The position numbers were made by a program, and so were the translations under genes. From contig CALGXU010000088.1 in assembly GCA_937935205.1 (NCBI GenBank), positions 1-52,093 of the forward strand: DNA of 52,093 bases. Direction: 5' to 3'. Origin of the DNA: an uncultured Rothia sp. (GTDB lineage: Bacteria > Actinomycetota > Actinomycetes > Actinomycetales > Micrococcaceae). Each line of letters opens with the position of its first letter. The first letter of the stretch is position 1. Below, piece after piece: positions 25,962-33,181 of the stretch. The notes beneath the pieces are model-generated. The model made no database searches. It was not told the origin of the DNA and worked only from the letters and a program-made list of their open reading frames with translations.

Positions 25962-26189
25962 TTAAAACCTCCTAAAGTTTGTTGTTGTATAAAAGACGCG
26001 GTGGCCGAAGTCAATGACCTCGTAGTTGTGTTCTCGACAAAGCTGTTCCATAGTTTCTTCGCTGTAGTAGTTTCCCTTGTTGTCGAGCCAGTAGTAGGTC
26101 AGCTCACCTAGGACCAGGAAGAAGGACTTGTGTAGTCGTTCGACACGGATGCAGGCACCGCTACTGAGGTTGCGTAGAACTGACATCAT
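25962..26189 (-). CDS. Hypothetical protein, early-arm paralogue family
   Basis: LSSGACI...YWLDNKGNYYSEETM...EVIDFG. Confidence 0.7.
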   Translation of the reverse strand: MMSVLRNLSSGACIRVERLHKSFFLVLGELTYYWLDNKGNYYSEETMEQLCREHNYEVIDFGHRVFYTTTNFRRF

Positions 26190-26401
26190 TAGTACCCTAC
26201 AACCCTTCCTACACCATCAATAATCAATCCAAGCCCTAAAAGGAACAATGACAGTGCAGCCATACCGACAGCCACGGCCAAGACCTTATCAGTTATGTAA
26301 TCATAACCAGAGTCCCACACTTCGTAAGCGATAACCGCCAGGATAAGCGTGACAGAAAAACATAGCACGCTTGCCACAATAAGACCAATCCCTACTCCCA
26401 T
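26189..26401 (-). CDS. Small two-TM membrane protein
   Basis: MGVGIGLIVASVLCFSVTLILAVIA...KVLAVAVGMAALSLFLLGLGLII. Confidence 0.65.
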   Translation of the reverse strand: MGVGIGLIVASVLCFSVTLILAVIAYEVWDSGYDYITDKVLAVAVGMAALSLFLLGLGLIIDGVGRVVGY

Positions 26402-26402
26402 G

Positions 26403-26714
26403 TCACATCCCATTATGCACAATCTTCGGCTTGACAAACTGCTCGCGCATAAGGTTAGCGAACTGTGAGTGAGTGTATGCCTCTCCAATGTATGTAATCC
26501 ACGGCTTTTGATCGGATGTCTCTAGGATACGAAACACCTCCCAGTTTTCAACGATGATGAGTGTTCCGGTATTAAGCTCTTGAGCGTCTGCAACAAACAG
26601 TTCGCCGTTGTTGTCAATGCACTCAAACTGTGTGCCTGTCAGCTCAGTGAAATCATTTTCGAGCTTCTTACGGAACTCTTCGACAGCATCGTCAATCATC
26701 TTCTGAATGTCCAT
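26403..26714 (-). CDS. Hypothetical protein, early-arm paralogue family
   Basis: LNTGTLII...PWITYIGEAYTHSQFANLM...IVHNG. Confidence 0.75.
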   Translation of the reverse strand: MDIQKMIDDAVEEFRKKLENDFTELTGTQFECIDNNGELFVADAQELNTGTLIIVENWEVFRILETSDQKPWITYIGEAYTHSQFANLMREQFVKPKIVHNGM

Positions 26715-26728
26715 TGTTCTCCTTTGCG

Positions 26729-26968
26729 TTAGACGTGAGGGCTGTAGATAACTTCGACAACCTGGTTGGGTTGTTCAATGCGTTGCAGCATATCTTCGAT
26801 TGTGATGCTTTCATCATTGCAGTTCACCCACTGCTTGTCGTGCTTGAGCATCCATACTTGGTTGGTGGGCTTTCGCAAGCGTACGACAGTGCCAGTATCA
26901 AGCAGGCACTCGTAAGTGATCCAATGGCCTGTTGAGATGCAAAACTTAGTGTTCAGTAGGTCGTCCAC
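26729..26968 (-). CDS. Hypothetical protein, early-arm paralogue family; first gene of the leftward arm
   Basis: LDTGTVV...WML...QWVNCND...EVIYSP; AAGGAGAA RBS. Confidence 0.72.
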   Translation of the reverse strand: MDDLLNTKFCISTGHWITYECLLDTGTVVRLRKPTNQVWMLKHDKQWVNCNDESITIEDMLQRIEQPNQVVEVIYSPHV

Positions 26969-27001
26969 GAATTCTCCTTTGCGTTTGGTGTTGATGCTTT
27001 A

Positions 27002-27056
27002 AGCATAGAAGGGTAGACGGTTAAAGTCAACAAGATAGCGTGTGATCTGACCCACT
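27002..27056 (-). promoter_or_regulatory. Leftward early promoter TTGACT-17-TATGCT with CRP-like box 10 bp upstream
   Basis: Box TGTGAtctgacCCACT at 27041-27056. Confidence 0.75.
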
Positions 27057-27308
27057 CTTTAGACCCCACCACCCCCGCATACACAAACGGGTATGACACC
27101 CCCTCCCTCTCTCCCTCTGAAAAGCATATGATTTTTTATTCATTGCTTTGCATACTTATTCATGCACTGTCAAGCACTCTACCCGCTAATTCCTACCAAC
27201 CTACAAACCAAACCCCAATACACCAACCAAACCCCGGACCAACCCTAAAACGTGACCTGCCCCACACAAAAACCAACCTCGGGCCAACCATAGGACACCT
27301 AACGAAAG

Positions 27309-27357
27309 TTAGGTATACCTAAGTTAACCACCCTCTCCCTAACTTAGGCTTACCTAA
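27309..27357. promoter_or_regulatory. Two TTAGG-N4-CCTAA palindromes resembling DtxR/IdeR boxes
   Basis: TTAGGTATACCTAA at 27309-27322 and TTAGGCTTACCTAA at 27344-27357. Confidence 0.45.
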
Positions 27358-27398
27358 CTAAACTACACCTCACCTCACTCACCTTGCCCTCAACTCAC

Positions 27399-27442
27399 AC
27401 AACGAACTGCAACGAACTGCAACCAACTACAAGCAACTAACT
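27399..27442 (+). repeat. Degenerate 10-bp tandem repeat
   Basis: AACGAACTGC AACGAACTGC AACCAACTAC AAGCAACTAA. Confidence 0.7.
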
Positions 27443-28133
27443 ATCTAGCTACCCGCCGAAAACGTCTCACGTAAAACCCCCTAATTTTTCCTACACATAA
27501 AGTAAATTACATACCTAGCAATGTAATTTCACACATAATCTGTATGTAGTACCCAAAAATAATAATAATGTAAAGTACATATAAACAAGTAAATCCCTAT
27601 GATAATGTAATATATATGTGTAGTATGTATATATGTATTGTATGTATGTAATTGTAAAACGTGTTACCTAGGCGTACGTGTTAAGAAGGAGTTAACGCTG
27701 TTAACTTTACATGTAAACCATTGCCATGTAAATTATTCCCCCTGAATTGTCCTGTCATTTCACCTAAGCCATTCTCAGCGACTTTTACCCCCTCAAGGCT
27801 ACCCACATACCACTAGGCCCCTAAAAGTCCCTCAAACAGCCTTCTAGGCCCCTTAAACACGATGCTATCCACCTACCCACACCCACCAACCCCCTAAAAC
27901 ACACCCCTACCACCAACCAAGGCCCCGCGTCTAGCACACAAACCCACACCATGCAACACGTGTCCATATATCGGACTGTAAAGTAACCACCCATGCATAC
28001 TAACACAACAAAGTAACCACTATCACACCCCCCTAGCGTTGACAACGCCTAACCACAGTGTTATCGCGTACGCGCGCGTTAAGAGTAAGGAAGCAAGGGC
28101 ACGGCCTGTCGCCTAATAACCAAGGCCCCACAA

Positions 28134-28188
28134 TGTGACGCACAACACCATTTATCAAGTTAACAACACACTCCCTAGCCACTAGTCT
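28134..28188 (+). promoter_or_regulatory. Rightward promoter TTAACA-17-TAGTCT with CRP-like box 10 bp upstream
   Basis: Box TGTGAcgcacaACACC at 28134-28149. Confidence 0.65.
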
Positions 28189-28233
28189 TTAAGTATCGGC
28201 AAACAAACAAACAACCGAAAGGAAAGGCCGAAA

Positions 28234-28428
28234 ATGAGAACCTCGTTCGCGTGCGACCTTGAGACGATGGAACGCCTCGCCAGCTTTGAACGTGACTACC
28301 AGGAACGCTATTTCCTGCCTGTCGATAGCGCACGCTGCGCGGCCATTCACCGCGAACACGAAAACCGCTGTTGCAGCACTGACCGCGCTGGGGCGTTCGA
28401 TCAACAAGTGACGGACAACACAGTTTAG
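28234..28428 (+). CDS. Hypothetical protein, first gene of the rightward arm
   Basis: CAA-rich leader and GAAAGG RBS. Confidence 0.65.
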   Translation: MRTSFACDLETMERLASFERDYQERYFLPVDSARCAAIHREHENRCCSTDRAGAFDQQVTDNTV

Positions 28429-28462
28429 CGGGTTGACAACAAGCCAGCAACCCGCTAAACTG
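28407..28462 (+). promoter_or_regulatory. Promoter TTGACA-17-TAAACT embedded in a 15-bp inverted repeat, with CRP-like box 10 bp upstream
   Basis: Box AGTGAcggacaACACA at 28407-28422; inverted repeat 28421-28435/28448-28462. Confidence 0.75.
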
Positions 28463-28498
28463 AGAGTATCAACAAAGACAAGCCGAAAGGTGAAACCA

Positions 28499-28714
28499 AT
28501 GATCCGACTCACCATTGACGATGAAGCCCGCGCCCTGTCGGCATGGGCACACGCCGAAACCTTGTACGTAGGCGAAGACGTTATTTTTGCCCCGCGTTGG
28601 GCATCACACGTTTGGCTTGCATCTGATGGGCATCTCTACTTTGCAAATGGTAGTGACCTCCTATTCATGGGCACTAGCGAGTCCGGCCCTGACCGGCTCA
28701 AAGAATTGTACTAA
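28499..28714 (+). CDS. Hypothetical protein
   Basis: MIRLTIDDEARAL...; GAAAGGTG RBS. Confidence 0.7.
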   Translation: MIRLTIDDEARALSAWAHAETLYVGEDVIFAPRWASHVWLASDGHLYFANGSDLLFMGTSESGPDRLKELY

Positions 28715-28744
28715 CAAACAACACAACACAGAAAGACAACAAAA

Positions 28745-29038
28745 ATGCGAAACACAACATACGCGACTGTTACCGAGTGGACTGAATACCGTACCCCTAG
28801 CGGTGGTTGGTCCAAAGTGCGACACGATGAAACCACGAAAGATTTCAAGCCGCATAATCTTGACTTTTTCTTCCAAGCCGAGTTTCCCGGCGAACGTCGG
28901 CAATACAGTTACTTCAGTCAAGGCTATTTGCCTTACCGTGTGACTGTCCCGTCGCCCGATGGCCGCGAGCGCCGCGTGTATCATTTCAACTACTACACCG
29001 GCCCGCGTGAGATTGTCACGTACACGTACGAAGATTAA
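28745..29038 (+). CDS. Hypothetical protein
   Basis: CAA-rich leader; 97 aa. Confidence 0.72.
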   Translation: MRNTTYATVTEWTEYRTPSGGWSKVRHDETTKDFKPHNLDFFFQAEFPGERRQYSYFSQGYLPYRVTVPSPDGRERRVYHFNYYTGPREIVTYTYED

Positions 29039-29050
29039 TAGTCTTCAACT

Positions 29051-29103
29051 TCCCGGCCCTAACGGTGGGTTTCAGGTTGGTTCAATTCCAACGCCGGGAA
29101 CGA
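29051..29103 (+). ncRNA. tRNA-like element lacking the anticodon arm, copy 1
   Basis: TCCCGGC | CCTA-ACGG-TGGG | TTTCAG | GTTGG-TTCAATT-CCAAC | GCCGGGA | ACGA. Confidence 0.75.
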
Positions 29104-29151
29104 TGCGACACAAGTCGCACAAACCAACAACAAACCGAAAGGTTAATTGAC

Positions 29152-29409
29152 ATGGCACACACGTTCAAGACGGACCCTTGGCACGTCAAGGAAGCAAGGG
29201 GCACGGCGTGGCATCCCACGCAGTTCGCCCGTGAACACTCGCCCTACACTAAGGCGCGCCGTGACCTGAGCAAGCGCATTAGGGCACGTGAGCGCCGCGA
29301 AATGGACCGTATCGCCCGCGATATTGAGGCATGGGGCGATTACTTCCCTACCGGCGCGACACTGCGAGAGTTCGCAAGCGATAGCGACCGCGATAGCTGG
29401 CAGTTCTAA
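29152..29409 (+). CDS. Hypothetical basic protein
   Basis: MAHTFKTDPWHVK...; CAA-rich leader and GAAAGG RBS. Confidence 0.72.
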   Translation: MAHTFKTDPWHVKEARGTAWHPTQFAREHSPYTKARRDLSKRIRARERREMDRIARDIEAWGDYFPTGATLREFASDSDRDSWQF

Positions 29410-29422
29410 CCAATAACCCCTA

Positions 29423-29448
29423 GGGACGGGGGTTAACGCCCCCGTCCC
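29423..29448 (+). other. GC-rich intergenic hairpin without U-tract
   Basis: GGGACGGGGG-TTAACG-CCCCCGTCCC. Confidence 0.55.
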
Positions 29449-29469
29449 CATACAGAAAGACTAGAGACA

Positions 29470-29850
29470 ATGGGTATTCTCGAAAACATTGATAGCGCCG
29501 CGTGGGACTTGGAACACGGACGTATTGACGGCTTGTATCCAGTGAGCAACAATTTTACAATTGTTGCTAATCATAACCACCCCGTCCCCAATAGTCGATT
29601 TGACGTGTACTCTTACACAACACTAGTTGCGGTAGTGAACAGGGATGAAAACGGCAATTGGGATACGTTTGTTCATCATGACGCGTTCCACCATTCCACT
29701 ACAACTAGCCGACACTTGCACCGTTTCCTGTCGGCAATGGTTGGCCGTGTTGACTGGGATGCACTCTATAAGGCATGTGACCGTGAGTGTGACAATGAGA
29801 CTATTCACGGTAACGGCGCGCAATTTATCAACGTGAGGGAGGTCGCCTAA
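29470..29850 (+). CDS. Hypothetical protein
   Basis: VYSYTTLVA...HSTTTSRH motif recurrent in phage early proteins. Confidence 0.75.
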   Translation: MGILENIDSAAWDLEHGRIDGLYPVSNNFTIVANHNHPVPNSRFDVYSYTTLVAVVNRDENGNWDTFVHHDAFHHSTTTSRHLHRFLSAMVGRVDWDALYKACDRECDNETIHGNGAQFINVREVA

Positions 29851-30213
29851 ATGACGATTACAAGCGCTTTGCAGGGTATCTACCCTAACCAGATTGTTAG
29901 CGAGTCTGTGCGACTTGGTTCTAAGTTGTACCTAACGATGAACCACAATGACCTAGTGCGCAATTGGATTAGCTACTGGGTTGCGCGTGAAGATACAACC
30001 GAAATTATCTTCAAGTTCAACCCTAGCGGCGCTGTCTACGTTTACAAGGATGTGACACTCACACCACATGAGAAACGTGTTATCGGGAAGATTATCCACA
30101 TGTGGCGCGGTACTTATCGCCCTGATTGGGAGACTTTCGAGAGTATGCGCGCAAACCCTATGCTAGACGTTTCAGACACAACACTAGTCCCTGTGTTGCA
30201 TGACACACTCTGA
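29851..30213 (+). CDS. Hypothetical protein
   Basis: Coupled; GGAGG RBS. Confidence 0.7.
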   Translation: MTITSALQGIYPNQIVSESVRLGSKLYLTMNHNDLVRNWISYWVAREDTTEIIFKFNPSGAVYVYKDVTLTPHEKRVIGKIIHMWRGTYRPDWETFESMRANPMLDVSDTTLVPVLHDTL

Positions 30214-30246
30214 CAACTTGACAATATCCAACCACTGACCTACACT
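30192..30246 (+). promoter_or_regulatory. Promoter TTGACA-17-TACACT with CRP-like box 10 bp upstream
   Basis: Box TGTGTtgcatgACACA at 30192-30207. Confidence 0.75.
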
Positions 30247-30297
30247 AGAAACATAGGCAGAAAGCCTACAAACAACAACAGAAAGTGAGACACAGCA

Positions 30298-30477
30298 ATG
30301 CGAATCAATAGGGATACCATGACCGTTATCAAGGCCGCTACCGCCGCTAAGATTACTTTCCGAAAGATGGGAGCCGATTACGGGGACAACCCTAGCGTTC
30401 TCGCCGCTATTGACGCGGTAGTTACTGCCCTTGATGGGCTGTCGGATGCGGTAGTCATGAGCGAGATTGAAGCCTAA
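30298..30477 (+). CDS. 59-aa hypothetical protein, not in the ORF track
   Basis: MRINRDTMTVIKAATAAKITFRKMGADYG...; follows a promoter and CAA-rich leader. Confidence 0.7.
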   Translation: MRINRDTMTVIKAATAAKITFRKMGADYGDNPSVLAAIDAVVTALDGLSDAVVMSEIEA

Positions 30478-30485
30478 CAGGGGTA

Positions 30486-30537
30486 TCCCTAGCCTAATGG
30501 TAGGTAAATGCAAGTTCGATTCTTGCCTAGGGAACAA
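30486..30537 (+). ncRNA. tRNA-like element lacking the anticodon arm, copy 2
   Basis: TCCCTAG | CCTA-ATGG-TAGG | TAAAT | GCAAG-TTCGATT-CTTGC | CTAGGGA | ACAA. Confidence 0.75.
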
Positions 30538-30582
30538 TGCTAACCACGGTGGTTAGCGACAATAACACCGAAAGGTAGAACT

Positions 30583-30837
30583 ATGTCACACGATGAATTG
30601 CCCAATTGGTACGGTATCCCCGGTATCGGCTTTGAGTGGCGGGGTTCCCAAAGTGACCCCATGTTGCACTACAAGGGGCATGTGTTTAACGCCCATGACA
30701 TGCAAGACGGGTTGTGGGAGAACTACCAGGAAGATTTAGAAACTGGGTACACATCCCTTGAGTGGGAGGAATATGTCATGGAAAACGCAACCAGCTATCT
30801 TGACGATGCACTATTTTTTGAGCGGGAGGAATGGTAA
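30583..30837 (+). CDS. Small highly acidic hypothetical protein
   Basis: About 19 D/E versus 3 K/R in 84 aa. Confidence 0.75.
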   Translation: MSHDELPNWYGIPGIGFEWRGSQSDPMLHYKGHVFNAHDMQDGLWENYQEDLETGYTSLEWEEYVMENATSYLDDALFFEREEW

Positions 30838-31220
30838 ACATGTGGGAAGAATTGCTGAGCGTCATTAGTGACCGTTATTACCCACTAGAGTCCATGCAGG
30901 AACATATCGCCGGGTACGTGAACGATGCGACAGGGTGGGACCTATCAGTTATCAACCCTTGGTTTACTGAGCGCGGCTATGAGTTTGTGGGTTATCTCGA
31001 CCTGTTCTCTGACAATGAGCCTAGCGGCGTGTATGTCAATGTTGAGGGCCTTGTATGGCGTTGTTGCACTAATGCCGCTGACAATAGTATCTATTGGTAC
31101 TATGAGTCGGATAGCGAGGGCGATAGCTTGGATGAATTGCGTTTCATGCACGGGTACGCGCATATGTTCATCTGGGACAACGACACACAGACGTGTAGCG
31201 TAGTTCACATTGCAGAATGA
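30831..31220 (+). CDS. Acidic hypothetical protein
   Basis: Coupled; rich in aromatic and acidic residues. Confidence 0.72.
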   Translation: MVNMWEELLSVISDRYYPLESMQEHIAGYVNDATGWDLSVINPWFTERGYEFVGYLDLFSDNEPSGVYVNVEGLVWRCCTNAADNSIYWYYESDSEGDSLDELRFMHGYAHMFIWDNDTQTCSVVHIAE

Positions 31221-31238
31221 CTGCCAACCTGCTAATCT
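31210..31238 (+). promoter_or_regulatory. Possible promoter TTGCAG-17-TAATCT
   Basis: Precedes a leader (TATCGG-AAACAAACAA) similar to the one at 28190-28215; no CRP-like box at the usual spacing. Confidence 0.45.
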
Positions 31239-31283
31239 TTAATTATCGGAAAACAAACAACCAAGCGGAAGCGAGAAACAAAA

Positions 31284-31790
31284 ATGATCCAGACACAGTT
31301 TGCACACACTGTCACCGTTCCTGATGAATGGGAGCATAACGGCCACACTTTCCAAGTGTTTCAGGATATCGACGCTGAGTGCCCTACTGAATGGATAGAT
31401 AGCGCCGATGCACTGTGTGTCCTTGGCGGGCCGCATGGTTGCATCCTGCATCACCCTGCAAAGACTGACTGCCCTGCAATGTGGGAGTTTGATAACTTCC
31501 ATGAGGAATACGGTAGGATGCCTACGCAGGAAGAATGGGCGGCTCTTTGCCCTGATTACTGGGTGTACGTCGGTTGGCACTCTATGGATGCGAACAGGCT
31601 GTTTGCGGCCGCGTTCCGCAAAGATGTGTACCCTACCAACCCTTGCGAGTCATGGGTGCATGAATACTCTCTTTGGGCGGATGGGTATGTCTGGGTTGTG
31701 TCGGACACAACCACGGGTGACTCTCTAGCGGGTATCTATGCCGATAGCGAGGAAGACGCTATCAAGTACTACACCGAAAACTATATGTGA
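31284..31790 (+). CDS. Acidic hypothetical protein (paralogue of 33181-33729)
   Basis: Shared C-terminal W..Y..W.DG.V..V.D..TG....IYA...EDA..Y motif. Confidence 0.75.
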   Translation: MIQTQFAHTVTVPDEWEHNGHTFQVFQDIDAECPTEWIDSADALCVLGGPHGCILHHPAKTDCPAMWEFDNFHEEYGRMPTQEEWAALCPDYWVYVGWHSMDANRLFAAAFRKDVYPTNPCESWVHEYSLWADGYVWVVSDTTTGDSLAGIYADSEEDAIKYYTENYM

Positions 31791-31806
31791 GAAAGAGGGA
31801 GAAACA

Positions 31807-32121
31807 ATGCCTAGAATTGACATGCTACTCGTTATTGCCGCTGACTGGGACACTAAGTTTTGTTTCAGTTCTGAAGAATTGGGGGTTAGCAAGGGAGAAT
31901 ATGACTACGTGACACGCGGCGGTGACCTGCGCATTAGGGAAGATTTTGAGGTTATGGCCGCTGAGGCCGTGGATGACTTACACAAGCCCGTTACGGTGCT
32001 TGGTAGGACACTCAAGGCGAGTGACATTGCTAGGGAGATGCTGAGCGACGACTGGGAAGCCTATGTCAACAGTTGCATTGCCAACCTAATCGCAATGGAT
32101 GAGATTAAGGAAGTCTGCTAA
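31807..32121 (+). CDS. Acidic hypothetical protein
   Basis: MPRIDMLL...; GAGGGAGA RBS. Confidence 0.7.
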   Translation: MPRIDMLLVIAADWDTKFCFSSEELGVSKGEYDYVTRGGDLRIREDFEVMAAEAVDDLHKPVTVLGRTLKASDIAREMLSDDWEAYVNSCIANLIAMDEIKEVC

Positions 32122-32219
32122 TGTTCGCGGTCGCTTACTACGGCCTATTCCTTACCCTTGTCGCCTTACCTGTTGCCATCTACTGCCATCTTACCGAAAA
32201 CAACAACAATGAACACTGA
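32121..32219 (+). CDS. 32-aa single-TM peptide, not in the ORF track
   Basis: MFAVAYYGLFLTLVALPVAIYCHLTENNNNEH; TAATG coupling. Confidence 0.5.
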   Translation: MFAVAYYGLFLTLVALPVAIYCHLTENNNNEH

Positions 32220-32544
32220 AGCACTCGTCAACAAGATTACCAAGCTCAACGCAGAGATTAGCGCCCTGACTGAAGCGCGAGACGCACTCAAGGCTGAATT
32301 GTGCGCACAGTTCAACGCAGGGGATAAGATTCAGGTGGGAGACACTAAGGTCACGTTCGCCGTGCGAAAGACTATCAACGCCGCCGCTGTAGAAGCACTG
32401 CCCGCGTTTAAGAAACTGCCAAAGGCCGTGCGTGAGAGTGTGTACGACAAGCCTAAGTTGAATACTAAGAAACTTGCCGTGCTTGATCTACTCGACCTGT
32501 CGCCCGCTACTACCGTGTCGGACGTGTACGCGACGTTCCGATGA
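32209..32544 (+). CDS. Hypothetical protein with N-terminal coiled coil
   Basis: MNTEALVNKITKLNAEISALTEARDALKAEL... Confidence 0.72.
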   Translation: MNTEALVNKITKLNAEISALTEARDALKAELCAQFNAGDKIQVGDTKVTFAVRKTINAAAVEALPAFKKLPKAVRESVYDKPKLNTKKLAVLDLLDLSPATTVSDVYATFR

Positions 32545-32762
32545 ATTGGAAGCAATACGGGACGGGCGACTGTGAATACACTGTCGAACAGGTGGAAGCC
32601 GTCGCCCGTTCCCTAGAAGAACAAGAACTGCAAGAATATTCAACCATGTGGCTTGAAGCGGTACGACAGATGCGGGCCGCTGAGATTATCCACAACAACC
32701 TAGGTGTGGGAGCCGAAATAGAACTGCCCAACGGCATGTCAATTTATATCGAAAGTGAGTAA
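32541..32762 (+). CDS. Acidic hypothetical protein
   Basis: ATGA coupling. Confidence 0.7.
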   Translation: MNWKQYGTGDCEYTVEQVEAVARSLEEQELQEYSTMWLEAVRQMRAAEIIHNNLGVGAEIELPNGMSIYIESE

Positions 32763-32767
32763 TCAAA

Positions 32768-33181
32768 ATGTTTAGCAACTATGTTGACGGCGACACATTC
32801 AACCAGCGCGAACTGGATGACGATGTTTTCTGTGAGGCGTTCAATGCGAACGAGATTGACGGCTACCGACGTAGCAAGGACTCGGAGGAAGACTGTTACA
32901 ACGCTTGGGAGTATTGGGACGACAAAGGGTTGTTCTCTGACTGGCTGGAATGGCGTTTTGAGGAAGACGGCTACCTCGGCTATGACGACAACCCGCAAGA
33001 CGGAATGTTTGTCTGGATGCAAGACTACGAACAGCTTGTCGTCCTGCCCGGCGACAATGAATTGCCGTCCGATGTGGTTGCTATGTTCGACCGTGACTCA
33101 CTGTATGAAACTGTCTATGCGGAGGGTATTGTCCGGGACGGTATTTTCTACGCCACTACTATTGCGAGGGAGCTTGACTGA
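32768..33181 (+). CDS. Very acidic hypothetical protein (DNA-mimic candidate)
   Basis: About 36 D/E versus 9 K/R in 137 aa. Confidence 0.72.
   Translation: MFSNYVDGDTFNQRELDDDVFCEAFNANEIDGYRRSKDSEEDCYNAWEYWDDKGLFSDWLEWRFEEDGYLGYDDNPQDGMFVWMQDYEQLVVLPGDNELPSDVVAMFDRDSLYETVYAEGIVRDGIFYATTIARELD

Larger units (their letters stand above)
27060..28130. other. Non-coding control region between divergent arms (candidate origin or genome end)
   Basis: No credible ORF; C/A-skewed flanks, AT-rich core at about 27480-27740, short direct repeats. Confidence 0.65.

Noticed and set aside
27399..27442. Tandem repeats as a mini CRISPR array
   Set aside because: 10-bp units with no spacers.
27128..28045. 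Short ORFs 27128-27322 (+) and 27821-28045 (-)
   Set aside because: Low-complexity translations of skewed non-coding DNA without an RBS.
29051..29103. Mini-tRNA elements as attP sites (tRNA 3' fragments)
   Set aside because: They retain both strands of the acceptor stem with compensatory changes, occur twice with different sequences, and there is no integrase.
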